From assembly GCF_964213995.1 (NCBI RefSeq), contig NC_135811.1, positions 96,038,001-96,102,000 on the forward strand: DNA of 64,000 bases, written 5' to 3'. The stretch comes from Mustelus asterias. Taxonomy: Eukaryota. The notes beneath the pieces are model-generated. The model saw nothing but the letters and a program-made list of their open reading frames with translations. It was not told where the DNA came from and searched no databases. How positions within the stretch are numbered: position 1 is the first letter of the stretch; every line of letters starts with the position of its first letter. Below are positions 14,906 through 30,224 of this stretch, in pieces. The position numbers and the translations under genes were made by a program.

Positions 14906-15615
14906 AAAAAACCTCTTTCCCATTAGTATTTAAAATAATCATTGCTGGGAGTTATAATACTTCAGTGACTTTATATATTTGCCTTCACTATCATGATGGA
15001 TATTCATTAAAGAAATTTGTAGGTTTCATGTCTGCTATTAAAGTGTTTGCTTGACTAAATCTCATTTTCCGAAAGCTGAGAGTTTAACCATCATGACAGG
15101 ACTCTAGGACATAATCTGAGTTGAAGCTTCCTTGCTGCATGGTTGAAAGTGAAATATGTATTTGCCGACAACTGGTTTGTGAACTCCAAGCAAGTGAAAT
15201 CCTCTCTCAAGAATAGGTTTCACATTGCTTGTTTTTGGTGTGCTCAGGGTCGCAACAGATCCTGACATCAAAATGTACCTTACTCTGCAGCTAAAATTAC
15301 TTTGCATTGAAGTGAAAGTGGCAGAATGACTATTTCATGCTCATCTTGCAAGTGAAGATTGGGGGAACTTTACTCCATTCAGTCCCACAGTGAGATAATT
15401 TCCCTCCTATGAAGAAACTGTTATAGTAGTAGGTACTAGTTTCCTGGTGTTAGCTATATGCATTTTGTTAGTTGCCTAAAAGCTTTTGTGGATATGGTCC
15501 ACAGTGCCTGATGCTTGTTTACATACATTATTTAGGAAGTTCAAAATTAATATTCTTTGTTTCACTTTGTCATAACTATCACACTTATCAAATCTACTGC
15601 GCTTTCTGTTCACAG

Positions 15616-15675
15616 GTTGCTGGTTAAATTTCCTGAGTTGAATTACCAGCTTAAAATCAAGGTTGCCATTGACAA
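15616..15675 (+). CDS. STAT3: STAT3 exon 11
   Basis: LLVKFPELNYQLKIKVAIDK; 60 nt. Confidence 0.96.
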
Positions 15676-16989
15676 GTGAGTGCAAATGAACTTGCATACT
15701 GCTGAGCATATTTGTAGTTAACTCTGGAGGTATTTCATTTGCTGGTGATGTGTGTTGTTGCACCTTCTACAGTTAACTTCCACTAATTTAAGAATACCCT
15801 GTCAGTGCTCTGTATGATTTTTGCCAGTAGTTGTATATATATTTTACAGAGCTTTATATGAGTTAATATGGTGTGTCGATACCTTATAATAATGCACACT
15901 TGCCTTTAAGAGCCCCTAAGTCTGATACATTGATGGGTATAATGGTGAATTTGTGTTTTCCCTGTTTTATACATTACCCATGTAGCTTTTTTGGGACTAA
16001 CAAGGCGGTCTAAACAACACATTCACATGAATGAGTTAATCTTGCCTAATAATGTGAGGTTAGCTTATTAATGTAAGATGTGCTGAGGTTGTAGTTTGGG
16101 TTTCCTGCATAAGCATTGCATAAGCCAGCCATTGGCACCTATAAATTGGAAGGGATACTGTTCGAGGAAAAGTAGAATGGGTAGCTCAGTTGTCTCCAAG
16201 CGATTTAAAAAAAAAAAAATTTGCCCTAAAAAAGGCCCTAAAGAACGTTGACCTTAGTCTCAAGTAGCTTGGAATGCAAAAGGCAGTAAACTATGGGGGC
16301 AATTATGAGCCCAGGCCCCTCACCGCAGAGTGGCATGAAACACGCTGCGGGAGCACAGAAGCTCATTTTAGTACATTAGACACCCTCCCCCAACTAGATA
16401 TTCAGTGGGCATGCCAGTGCCATTTACAACAGATTCACTTGCACATGAACCTGTCGTGGGGTCTCCCCGGGGTCAGAAAGGTATAACACCCAGGGAAGGG
16501 GGACATGGCCAGGCAGTGACCTGGCAGTGCGCTCAGCACTTCCCCTTGGCACAGGTTGGCACTGCCAGGTGCACCATGCCAGTGCCAACCTGGCAGTGCC
16601 AACTAGTGGCAGGGGGCTGGGCCCATTAGGAACCTCATGGGGGAAAGAGGGGTTCATTCAGATTTGGTAGTGGGCTGATAATTGGGGGAAAGGGCTGACA
16701 ACTGGGCGGGGGGAAGGGGGGAGGTAGGAGCTAATTGGGGATGGTGGGGAGAGAAGTGCCGACTCTGATTGGGGGTGGGGAGGGGAGCCCCTGAGACCTC
16801 CCTGGTGGGCTGAGCGGGAGATTTATTCCTGGTATGATCGACCTATCTCACTGCAGCTGGGTTTTGCCAGTGTGTTTAGGCCCAAACACACTGTCTTGTA
16901 AGGTGCTGTAAGATCGAGAGAAAACCGGCATGTTTCTCTAAAGAGAATAACACTGCAATATTTTGGTAAGATTTCACCCTATGTAGCAT

Positions 16990-17400
16990 TTGTGTAGAAC
17001 TTTGGTCAAAGCCCATCTGTTTTAGAACTCAATTTTAGCATTCGCATCTCAGGAAGGATGTATCAATCTGGGAAGAATACAGGTTAAAAAGCTTAAAGGG
17101 TTAATTTCTGAGGATAGTTTACCTAAACCTGGCATTTGTACCTTTATTTCAACTGTTGAGGGGTGATCTAATTGAGATGTCTAAAATGTTAAAGGGATTT
17201 GATAGGGTAATTGCAGAGTAAAGCAGTTACCTCAGAGTCAAGAACAAGAGGGGAAACTCTGAAAATTAGAACTTTATTGATTGGGAGTGACAGCCAGTGG
17301 CACTATCTCACACACGATAGAAATCTGGAATGCTCTTCTCCTCAAAGCTGTGGATGTTGAGCCAATGATTTATCAGGATTTGGAGGAAGTTGAAATACAG
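16990..17400 (+). mobile_element. Old CR1 LINE 3' fragment
   Basis: Degenerate GAGGGGTGATCTAATTGAG / AGAACAAGAGGG motifs. Confidence 0.6.
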
Positions 17401-17747
17401 TTCAGCCATGTTCTTATGTTACTCTTCAAGAACAAGAGCTGACTATCTGGCATGCTGTTCAGGCATTCATGCTGCACTTTGGAGCATGAGCCTTATTAAA
17501 ATATATTATTTCTTTAATGAGCATTTTGTGCACTCAAGAATGTTGTGCAACAGCACTTTAGGCAAAAAAGGGGGATGCAGAGCTCGTCAAGCACATGTCC
17601 TTTATTGCATGATAATGCACAGAGCCAACACCCAATGCATTGAGTTTGCTGATACCAATTCTAAAATGTGGATGAGGGAATTTTGGAAGGGGTGAATTTC
17701 TTCTACTTTTTCAAATGTGTTACTAGAATCATGGCAGTAAATGTGTC

Positions 17748-17918
17748 ATGATGTGGAGATGCCGGGGTTCCAACCATTATTCATGTAAATTGAGTCTGTG
17801 TCTTTATAAGTTCTGTTTGTGAACAGAATTCCCACTCACCTGAAGAAGGGGCTTAGAGCCTCGAAAGCTTGTGTGGCTTTTGCTACCAAATAAACCTGTT
17901 GGACTTTAACCTGGTGTT
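17748..17918 (+). mobile_element. PLE family A insertion with short inversion and hammerhead motif
   Basis: TSD AGTAAATGTGTC 17736-17747/17919-17930; hammerhead motif 17837-17873. Confidence 0.85.
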
Positions 17919-18155
17919 AGTAAATGTGTCTCCAGTCAACTTCAGGCATAGTATCATTGGAGTGACCATTTCCCAGTTATTTGGATGTTCTTTAACTGGG
18001 GAAAGTAAGTTAGTTTAGAATATCTAGCAAAACTACAAAAACATCAGTTTCAAAAATGTTAATCCAAATTATTTTATGTTTTACTTCTTTGAGATCACAC
18101 TACCACAGACCAATGCAGAATGTACACTTAGTATTTTCTCTCAATTTTATTCCAG

Positions 18156-18185
18156 GGATTCTGGAGATGGTTCTGCACTGAGGGG
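18156..18185 (+). CDS. STAT3: STAT3 exon 12 (30-nt mini-exon)
   Basis: DSGDGSALRG; ttccag/gtgagt; phase 2-2. Confidence 0.93.
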
Positions 18186-18311
18186 GTGAGTTTGTCTTTC
18201 CTCTTTGTCCTCTCTTCCATGGAAGTTGAAAGTTATTTTGGGGCTTTTTGTTTGTGTTCACTGTGTTTATTTTCCACAATCCCCAACTTGCAACCTTATT
18301 TATGGCGTGAC

Positions 18312-18978
18312 GTTACAGGTGGATAGGGTCGTAAAGAGTGCCTTTGGTACATTGGCCTTTATAAATCGGAGTATCGAGTATAAAAGTTGGAGTGTTATGG
18401 TAAGGTTATATAAGGCATTGGTGAGGCCGAATTTGGAGTATTGTGTACAGTTTTGGTCACCTAGTTACAGGAAGGATGTAAATAAGATTGAAAGAGTGCA
18501 GAGAAGGTTCACAAGGATGTTGCCGGGACTTGAGAAGCTGAGTTACAGAGAGAGATTGAATAGGTTGGGACTTTATTTCCTGGAGCGTAGAAGATTGAGG
18601 GGAGATTTGATAGAGGTGTATAAGATTTTGATGGGTATAGATAGAGTGAATGCAAGCAAGCTTTTTCTGCTGAGGCTAGGGGAGAAAAAAACCAGAGGGC
18701 ATGGGTTAAGGGTGAAAGGAGAAAAGTTTAAAGGGAATATTAGGGGGGGCTTCTTCACGCAGAGAGTGGTGGGAGTGTGGAATGAGCTGCCGGATAAAGT
18801 GGTAAATGCGGGGTCACTTTTAACATTTAAGAAAAACTTGGACGGGTTCATGGATGAGAGGTGTGTGGAGGGATATGGTCCAAGTGCAGGTCAGTGGGAC
18901 TAGGCATAAAATGGTTCGGCACAGACAAGAAGGGCCAAAAGGCCTGTTTCTGAGCTGTAATTTTCTATGGTTCTATGG
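18312..18978 (+). mobile_element. CR1 LINE 3' fragment
   Basis: ORF with LYKALVRPNLEYCVQFWSP...RGHGL...FFTQRV; (TTCTATGG)n tail. Confidence 0.93.
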
Positions 18979-19491
18979 TGCACAAGAGCAATGTGCCATG
19001 AGACTAGCAATTGTCCTTTTACTGAACTAATTAGCACATAAAATTGTTTGGATTGCCCACCAGGCAGTTATGCCCCCTCCAGTGGGTTGATAGTGCTAGA
19101 CATCCTTGTTCAGGCCAAAATTGCAAGTTGAATTTATTTATTTACACACAAGATCAAAAAATCAGTTGGAAACGAGTGGTGCAAAGATTCAGATCAGTTC
19201 GATATGTTGCAAGACTACTTTGTAGACTGTTCATGAGCAAGGCAAATGTTCTTGCCCTCTCTTTCATGCCGGCTGTCCAGCTGAATAATAGTAATTATCT
19301 GCCTAAGAGATTTCTGAACAAATAACAGTCAAACGAGTCATTTCATAGGGGCAAAAAGATAGAAAACCCCTTTGAGCACACCTTGTTTTAAAATGTTTTC
19401 TATGGATGTGAGTGATGAAGGGCAAAACTGTATTTATTGCCCAGCGTAATTGCCCTGGATTACGCAGCTTGCTAGACCACTTCAGAAGATA

Positions 19492-19945
19492 AAAGCAAAA
19501 TACTGTGGATGCTGGAAATCTGAAATAAAAAGAGAAAATGCTGGATAAACTCAGCAGGTCTGGCAGCATCTGTGGAGAAAAACAAACTTAACATTTGGGG
19601 CGCACAGTGGTTAGCACTGCGCCTCTCAAGTGCCAGGGACCCGGGTTTGACTTCCGGCTTGGGTGACTGTCTGTGTGGAGTTTGCACGTTCTCCCCATGT
19701 CTCTGGGTTTTCTCCAGGTACTCCGGTTTCCTCCCACACTCCAAAAATGTGCGGGTTAGGTTGATTGGCCATACTAAATTGACCCTAGTATCAGGGGGAT
19801 TAACAGGGTAAATTTGTGGAGTTACGAGAATAGGGCCTGGGTGGGATTGTGGTCAGTACAGACTCAATGGGCCGAATGGTCTCCTTCTGCACTGTAGAGA
19901 TTCTGAGTTCTATGAATTTCAGTCTAAATGACCCTTCTACAGAAG
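19492..19945 (-). mobile_element. PLE family B fragment interrupted by a SINE
   Basis: TSD TCAGAAGATA 19482-19491/19946-19955. Confidence 0.65.
19596..19915 (+). mobile_element. V-SINE (HE1-like)
   Basis: Head, V-domain, tail. Confidence 0.9.
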
Positions 19946-20616
19946 TCAGAAGATATTCTCGATGCATCTCAGATTGGAGTCAATAAATGAAATGTACATT
20001 CTCTTTCAGATGGCCCATAGTTGAGTTGGCTAGGGTTCCAGTCCATACCAGTTAAATGCACTTGTTGTAGAAACAGCTTTTGTTTTGAGGCACCACTAAC
20101 TAAATTAATTTCCAACACAGCCTAGGAAAAAAGGCAGTTATTTTAGAGTTTGCTTAACCCAGTTTAAAATAGTGAAAGAGCTATCTGACACAATACATAG
20201 GCATTTATTCCATCAAATTGTTTAGCACTTATCCCCAGGCACAAGAATGTAAATCATGTATTTGTCATGTTGTTAGTCCATAACAGACACATGGCTACGT
20301 TTAATCTAACTGCAGTATTTTAAATTCATTGAGAGGTTTACATGTTTACACAGAACACTTATATTCTCATTCTTTTGTTTTGCTTTTAAAAGCTTTAGTA
20401 ACATTTTGATAACTTGCACGTTGCAAAATTAATGTGCATACACAATAAGTGGCATGTATAGTTCTATTACATCATTTCTTATAACAAACTCTTGATGGCA
20501 TTGCAACCATAACTAGTTTTGGCATGCTTCAGGGTCCATAAACTATACTTCTGGGACAGGCTGAGGAATGCTACTGGTCACAAAGTAACTGTTACTAAAT
20601 TTCGGATTAAAATTAG

Positions 20617-20838
<222 letters not shown>

Positions 20839-21187
20839 TAATGCTCATATAGATGTTTACATGTAAATAATGCAATATTCTCTGTGACGACAGGTATGTT
20901 TAAACTGTATGTTTAAAACTTAGTTACTATTACTGGCAAAGTATCTGAGAGCAGAATTTAATGCCCACAGAAATAAGTTTGGAGACTGAGGGGGCGTTTA
21001 TTTGGGTGGGAGGGGGTGGAGACCCTGCAAGCTTCCTGTGTTGTGCAAGTCCAGTAGGGTGGGATGGTGGATAAGGTTCCTGGGCATCCTTTGTGCCCAG
21101 ATGCTAATTTGGGCTCTCAAATGGACAATTAATGGTGTTCCAAATCATAAAATGGGATCCTAATGTGTCTGACTGACATATAATATG

Positions 21188-21434
21188 ATGTGGAGATGCC
21201 GGCGTTGGATTGGGGTGAACACGGTAAGAAGTCTCACAACACCAGGTTAAAGTCCAACAGGTTTATTTGGTAGCAAATACCATAAGCTTTCGGAGCACTG
21301 CTCCTTCGTCAGTCACTTTAAGTTACTTAATTAAGTCACTTTACTGACGAAGGAGCAGTGCTCCGAAAGCTTATGGTATTTGCTACCAAATAAACCTGTT
21401 GGACTTTAACCTGGTGTTGTGAGACTTCTTACCG
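21188..21434. mobile_element. PLE family A hairpin, hammerhead core in both arms
   Basis: ~94 bp inverted arms 21220-21313/21343-21436; TSD TGACATATAATATG 21174-21187/21435-21448. Confidence 0.88.
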
Positions 21435-22141
21435 TGACATATAATATGGCAGGCTTTCCCAATGGAAGCAATCTGAGAATCTTGCCAGCTCCAGCCACTG
21501 GCTGAAATCCCCATTGTCTGGATTAAATTTATTTGCCTCTAAGTGTGAGAATTTCATCTTTCTCTCATGAATACCTTTTGGTGCAAATAGTGATGTACCA
21601 TTGCAGAATCCAGTTAAGGTTTGGTATATTCCATTTTCTTTGCATAAAATTTGATTCTGTGCATTACTTTTTATAACAATTTAAAGGACATCCATACAGA
21701 TTAAACTGTAGTGAAATTAAAGGAGCATCAAATTAAAAGGGATAATGACTCACTTACATAAAGTGAATTCATTACTTGTATACGAAGTCTTAGCATTGTT
21801 CAATGGCGTGTATTCCTATTTAATGATAAACATTGGCCGGAATGTTATGGCTGTTCACACCAGCATGATTTTCCCATCCTGCTGCAGCGAATGGAGATTT
21901 GGCCAAATTATCCAACCTTGCTGCAGTGGGGGCGACTGGTATGATCGCACTTATTGAGTTTCATTAAGTCACTTTATTACAAACTCTTATCATTTGGCAC
22001 AGTTAAGTTTTCCCATTTAACAGAACTCTGAAAATCTGAAAGATTTTTTTAGCTTTTGTTTTTCCAATGAGACATTTCACTATAACATCATGTTATTTAA
22101 TCAATGCCTACATTTACTGATTAATATGTTTCTTCTTCCAG

Positions 22142-22189
22142 ACACTCCGAGAACAGAGATGTGGAAATGGAGGCAGAGCTAGTAGTGAT
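22142..22189 (+). CDS. STAT3: STAT3 exon 14
   Basis: TLREQRCGNGGRASSD; 48 nt. Confidence 0.96.
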
Positions 22190-22639
22190 GTAAGTATAGA
22201 ATTAAAATGTACAAATTCTTGCAACAAAATTTTTTTACTCTATCCATTGACTAGTTCTGCACCAATGCTGTTAACTTTTGCATCACAAAGTTAGTATTTC
22301 TGTTTCCTATTATAATAGCTCTCTGATTATGAACCTAGGGGTATCCTAAGTTTCATTGAATGGATGCTACTCTTTGCGCAGGTTTGCATACTTTGAAATG
22401 GAAATAATTTGTTTGCTGCATAATTTTTGCCTGAGGCATCTCTAATAGTGGATAAATACTTCCCAAGTTTCTCCCAGAAGAGTCATTATTAATGTCCCCA
22501 TTGTAACCAGTAATTGCTATGACACATGTAGCAACATATGCAATTAGTTTAGAGGATAAACTTGTCATTGACTGGAGGGTTTTTCCTTTTTGATAACTTC
22601 CAAGTGTTAGGCATAAGGAATAAGAGAGAATTGTTTTAA

Positions 22640-22771
<132 letters not shown>

Positions 22772-23293
22772 TAACATTGTGTCATCTGCTAGTTATTAAC
22801 TAGTTGTTAATTTATTCCAACTTTCTTATTGCTTGCATTTCTATTAATGTACAAGCTCACATTTGTTTTAAAATAATTCCTTTTTGCTTGCTAAGTTGTG
22901 TTCTGTTTAGGCATACTTCACATATTTCCAACTTTTGTGGTTGTGCCTTCAGCAATCTACCACTGTAGTTTAGTACATTACACCAGGCACTCTGCCACAC
23001 ATTTATATATTGATGGGCTTAACCTAACACTCAAGCTACTATACTTGATCCAAACTCTCTTAAGATGGGATGTGATATATGTACCGCCATTTTTTCTATC
23101 ACTCTAGGCAGCGTAGAAGGAAAGTTGGGAGGCCAGCTTACAGGATTTGTACATATGTTTTTTTCTCAGAAGATAATGCTCTTGTATGTCCCTTTGAAGA
23201 AACCAAAATTAAATACTATGTTTTTCTTTAAGATCTAGAGAGCTTGTGACAAGTTTTTGCATGCAGTATTAACGATCTATATAAACTCTTTGA

Positions 23294-23398
<105 letters not shown>

Positions 23399-23934
23399 TG
23401 AAACTCAACTGTTGCTTAAATTTAAGATGATCTGGTTTAGTTTGAAAGGGAGTATTGAGTGCAATGTGTACATGTAAGATATTGAGTGGTTTAAAAAATT
23501 GTATGTTCTATTTAGGGAAGTGACTATTTCCAATATTTCACATGATTTGTCAGAACTGTTTGGATGTGTTCAGTCATTGAGATCAACTTTGATGCAGTAA
23601 TAGCACACTCACTTCTGAGTCAACGGGTTTTGGTTTCAAGTCCAATCTAGGAACAAAATTGGGAGAGATGTAAAACAGGCTGCCAATTTACGATCACCCA
23701 CTTTACGCTTGTGGTACAGTCAAGATCTGCCTCCATGTTTCTAAAGAGACCTCAGCTTAATATAGAATCTGTGTTGATACACAGTCAGCTTTGGAACCTA
23801 ATCAGTCCCAGATGACATTTCTTTCAGAAAGCTTAATCTGCTGTTCAGAAATATGACGCAGCCAATATTTTAAAGCCTTCATTCATGTTACCAGGATATT
23901 GCAAAGTCAAAATGAAAAATAAAGTTTTATAAAG

Positions 23935-24380
23935 TTTGTTTGTTTGTTTATTTATTAGTCACAAGTAAGCCTTTCATTAACACTGCAAAGAACAAAGAAC
24001 AATACAGCACAGGAACAGGCCCTTCGGCCCTCCAAGCCTGCACCGATCATGTGTTCCTAACTAGACCATCCGTTTGTATCCCTCTTCCCAGTCTGTTCAT
24101 GTGGCTATCTAGATAAGTCTTAAATGATCCTAGCATGTCTGCCGCAATGAAGTTACTGTGAAATTCCCCTAGTCGCCACAGTCCGGCACCTGTTTGTGTC
24201 AATGCACCCTAACCAGCATGTCTTTCGTGATGTGGGAGGAAACCGGACACCCAGAGGAAACCCATTCAGATACGGGAGGAATGTGCAAACTCCACACAGA
24301 CAGTGACCCAAGCCGGGAATCAAACCCGGGTTCCTGGAGCTGTGAGGCAGCAGTGCTAACCACTGTGCTATAGTACTGCC
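23935..24380 (-). mobile_element. V-SINE with Rex1-like tail containing a nested CR1 3' end (~23990-24143)
   Basis: TTTATTAGTCACAAGTAAGCC tail; nested GGAACAGGCCCTTCGGCCC. Confidence 0.8.
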
Positions 24381-24786
24381 CTAAAATCAGTCATCTTTCA
24401 AAACTTGTCATTCACTGAATTCTTTGCTTTGTTCCTGTTTGTTTATTGTCATAGTTCTAAAACTGTACTTTCTGAAGTGCAGTTCAGAAATGATGGAAGT
24501 ATTTGCTTTGATCTTCAATTTGTTTTTCATCCCAGAAGATGCCTTTTAAAAATGTTTAAACTAACTGTAGATATTTTGCACTTTTTTTGGTGGGGGTAGA
24601 GGATGGAGATGCAGTAAATGGTCATGAAGATCGCTTAAATTCTATGGAAGTATTGATGATTAATCAAAGTTTAGTGTATTTGATGGTAATAAAGTCACTA
24701 TCTATATAACAAGGTTCGAAGGTGATAAATTTACAAGATGTAACAGCTTTAGTACTTTTATCAACAGACTAATATAAAACATTTAA

Positions 24787-24993
<207 letters not shown>

Positions 24994-25321
24994 TAATAGA
25001 AATAGAAAAGTGTCCTTGAACCAGTAGGTAGCAGACCTGAGCACTCAAATTTATCAGACTAGTTCTCTGATATTCTACTGTTGGAAATGGTTCAAACCTT
25101 CACGAAAATGGTACAGAGGATATTGTCTATTCCAATTAGGAAATTAAATACTGATTGAAAGTCATTTATTAATGCTAATTATGTTCCAGCATTTGAAACT
25201 GGTACAGAGTAAATATTTTGCACACTGTATGGTCTAACATCATTGCTAAGAATGTTGAATCTACTTGCAATCCCCACGCCAGCACTGAGAATGCTGCCTT
25301 ATTGGAGCTCTGTTCTTTGAT

Positions 25322-25550
25322 ATGACATTGTGGTAAAGTGGTTAGCACTGCTGCTTCACAGCGTCAGGGACCCAGGTTCGATTCTGGCCTTGGGTGACTG
25401 TGCAAACTCCACACTGACATTCTCCCTATGTCTGTGTGGGTTTCTTCCAAGTTTCCTACAGGGATAGGATGGGGGAGTGGATCTGGGTAAGATACTCTAT
25501 CCGAGAGTCAGTGTAAATGTGATGGACAGAATGGCCTCTTGCTGTACTGT
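25322..25550 (+). mobile_element. Deleted/rearranged V-SINE
   Basis: Head GTGGTTAGCACTGCTGCTTCACAGC and partial tail. Confidence 0.75.
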
Positions 25551-26203
25551 ACTTAATCGATGCATATAAAAATTTATATTAATGAATAGATAAATATATC
25601 CTTTTTAAAAAATCAAGCTTCCATCCACCAGCTCAAGATCCTGTGATATATGTGACAATAATAAATCAAATAAAAAAAATGGAAGTGTTCTCTCCATGTC
25701 TAAGCCAACGTTCCTCCTTCAGCAAAGATTGCCAAAAAAGCACAAATTAGCTGGTGGTTCTCATTGTGATGTGGGATCTTGTTGGTGCAGGGTGCTGTCA
25801 TGCAGTCTAAAAAGTAATTCATTCAGAAGTATTTAGGAACAGTTCAGTGAAGTGTAAAACCATTATGTAAAGCAATCTAAATTTTGTAAATTTCATTCAT
25901 TTTTCCTTGGTAAATAAGATATTGATTTCGTTAGAACCATTCAGAACAAATGCAGCAAATTATGAACTTGAAACGCATGAAAAAAGTCATTATCTATTTT
26001 GACCCTTGTCCTCCCTAGTGGCTGACTGCCTACCACCATATACCTTATTTCATCTTGGGAGCATTTACGATTTTTCTATAAACTGTTGTATGACCATCCA
26101 ATGGGTATAACTCAAGCAGGATAATGTTGATAAGCATGTAGGACTAGAGTGGCTGAGATACTTTCTATTTGTATTTTTGAAATGCTTCATTAATTTCATT
26201 TGA

Positions 26204-26329
<126 letters not shown>

Positions 26330-26748
26330 TAGTTAGTATCTTTCGAAAGATTCGCTATTAAGTTTTAAACTCATTTTCCTGCCATTCATTCTTTGGTCAG
26401 AAGTCCTGCTTTTCAAACAACTTTTTATTTTTTTCAAGTTTTAATTCTCCTCGTTGTTCTGTCAAATATTTAGTCAGAATCTTCATTATACCTATTCATA
26501 GTCCACAAGCTCCAGATAATATCAGTGTTGTTTTTTTGTTAACTGATACTTTCTAAATAACATCTCACTTGGCTATGTCCATTGTATTTACTACTGACGT
26601 GCAAAAAGGTTTTATTGCACAAAATGCGTGAGCAATTTCAGGATAGCAATTATTTTCTTAGTTGCATGGCAATGAAAACTTAAATAACAAGTATACTGGT
26701 ATTTTTTAAAACATTTTTGAATTTCCCTCGATACTCTTTTTTATTTAG

Positions 26749-26844
<96 letters not shown>

Positions 26845-27064
26845 TAAGAGTTTGCCATAATACGCCTTTTTATTTGTAATGCTTCACATGCTTGTTGTTA
26901 CTTCAGTCTCTCATTGTTTAAATTAATTATACTGCATTTCATTACGCAAACCTGTGTTTTAGCATTTGGCATGTTCAATCCTACAGATCGCAGCAATCTG
27001 TTAGGTTAAATTTTGATAAAGACCTTCGAAGTATTCTGAACTTGGCACAGTGCACAAACTTTGA

Positions 27065-27265
<201 letters not shown>

Positions 27266-27565
27266 TAACAGTTTTCAATTACATATCTTAATGTGAGGCA
27301 GTTTCAGTAAATGGAGAACTCTTGATGATCTTGTGTTTCACACTCGCACTGGATGTCCAAAGCTGACATGTTCCATTCTTAAGAACTGACATTTTTCACC
27401 TCAAGGAGACCAAAATCATGCCAAAACAAAAATGAGCTTTTCTTGGAAGTTTGACCTTGAGATTTTTTTTCATGCTTGGTGTAAATTAAATTGAATTAAT
27501 GAAATGTTTAAATATATTGAAATGTTTCATCATTGTAACCCACCCTTTTTTTAAGTTTCATTTAA

Positions 27566-27859
<294 letters not shown>

Positions 27860-29374
27860 TGAACTATAAGTTCAAAATGTTGATAATACGAAGCTGTTCA
27901 TTGTGCACCTTGAAAACCAGTCCGTACTTTGAAGTTTAGGTTCATTTAGCCAGCTGTAAAATAAGAGAAGCCAGAGACTTTTCAAAGTAACTGATGTGTT
28001 AGAGATTAGAGCCAGTTAGCTAGATGACTAGCATGTGGTTCGGAATAATGCCAATTAAATAGGTTTAATTCCCATTCCCAGAACTGGACCCAATACATCT
28101 GAACTTTCCTCTCTGCCACCATTATTACCCATTTATCTTCTGCTGAGGTAGATGGACCTGTTAGCCACGTCCCATGTGAGTGAGCGGCAATGGCAAACAC
28201 CACTAATAAAAACTACCATGGAAACAGCTCAAGGTGAATTATCAGCAGACAATGAGACAAGCAGCTGTCTTCATGTAGAGTGCACATATTGATGAGAACA
28301 AAAGAGTACCTTCACCTGTTTCAACATAGTCTATTCTTTAGATCCAATTTGGAAGTGATCTGGACTCAATCAATCCTAGAATGTTCTCTATCAGTTAAAC
28401 CATGCTATATTCAGCTGATATTCTTCTACAGTGATGGACCCATGGATTGCCTGCAAGGCAGAGCCAGTGCCATCTTCCTTTGCAACCACTGGCTGTATTG
28501 CAGATTGCATACAACGGCTTCTTATAACTGACATCCCCTGAGAAGCCAAAGAATTTCCAAGATAGCAAATTCAGTGACATTTCTGAATTGTTGAATGTTA
28601 CAGCATAGAAATGGATCATGCAACCCATCAAAATCTACTCCACCCATTTTCTCTGAATAAGTCACTTGGTTTTATTTCCGATTAACGTTTCTAGTTCTAT
28701 CATTTTCTAGTTCACTACTCTATAATTTTTCTCTTTTATGAGCAGTTGGCTATTTCCACAATGTAATTGTTAATTTTATTTTTCTAATTCCCCCCATTAG
28801 ATTTTTGAAATGATCTAAAATATGTTCCCTCTCATTACAGTCTTGCTCACTAGCAGAAACAGTTTATCCTTATTTATTTTTGCACACCACTTCATGATTT
28901 TGAAGAACTCTGCAACCTTCTCCATGCCAGTGAAACGATAACTTCTAAAGTTGTATCCATAACAGTAACCTCTCGTCCTTTGTAACTTGCCAGTGAATTG
29001 ACATTGGACCTTTTCCATTATTTTTATAACTCAATTGTAATTAAGTACATTAAGCTACTCTCAATCTATTTAGAAACATAAGAACAAAAGTAGGCTATTC
29101 AGCCCCTCAAGCCTGTTCCATTATTTAATTAACTGCTTTGTACCTCAATCTCATTTACCCATATCGCTTTCTCTGAAATTTCTTTCAACCTTGTTACCTC
29201 AATATTATCTACACACCTTGAACTTTGTTACTCATTTCATTTTTAACCATCCCCCTCAAACCTTGTTAACATTATAGTACATGTGTTGGCTACCTTGCCA
29301 ATAAAGTTCATCCCAGTACCAGAACTGGACCCAATGCATCTGAACCTTCCTCCCCTCCACCATTTTACCCATTT

Positions 29375-29725
29375 CATAGAAATCATAGAAACCCTACAGT
29401 ACAGAAAGAGGCCATTCGGCCCATCGAGTCTGCACCGACCACAATCCCACTCAGCCCCTACCCCCATATCCCTACATATTTTACCCACTAATCCCTCTAA
29501 TCTACGCATCCCAGGACACTAAGGGGCAATTTTTTTAGCATGGCCAATCAACCTAACCCGCACATCTTTGGACTATGGGAGGAAACCGGAGCACCCGGAG
29601 GAAACCCACGCAGACACGAGGAGAATGTGCAAACTCCACACAGACAGTGACCCAAGCCGGGAATCGAACCCAGGTCCCTGGAGCTGTGAAGGAGCAGTGC
29701 TAACCACCATGCTACTGTGCCGCCC
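29375..29725 (-). mobile_element. V-SINE (young subfamily)
   Basis: Closely similar to 62177-62508. Confidence 0.9.
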
Positions 29726-30181
29726 ATTTATCTCCAGAAATTAACTATTCTTGAGATTACCTCCTTAATCCTCACTTTGGAAGGTCTTTTTGAAGGACCT
29801 GATTCCTATACCTCTACATTGCTGGTTCCACCAAGAAATGTAACTTTATCTGATTCACACCCTCTTCTGTGCCTGCAACATATCATGTATACCTTGTGCT
29901 TCCATCATCTACTCTTTATGAAATTTGCAGTCACTGTGTCCTTGCAGTGAACTGTTTTTGACAATACTCCCACCTATCCTTGAGTTGTGCTTGGAACAAT
30001 TGTTCATTATTTAAAAATTGCGTATTCAACTTTTCAGCCAGCAAATATGTTTAGATTATAAGGATAGAAAATGGAGACCTACATTCTTCAAATCTATATT
30101 CTTTGACTACAAAATACTTGTTTAATTTTAATTTTTAAAAAAAATACCCTGAGCTAATTTTCATTTTTTTCAATGTTGCAG

Positions 30182-30224
30182 AAACATTTGCATACCTGAA
30201 ACGAAAATTCATTTGTGTGACACC
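30182..30224 (+). CDS. STAT3: STAT3 exon 22 (phosphotyrosine segment)
   Basis: ETFAYLKRKFICVTP; Tyr codon 30193-30195; 43 nt; ttgcag/gtgagt. Confidence 0.96.
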
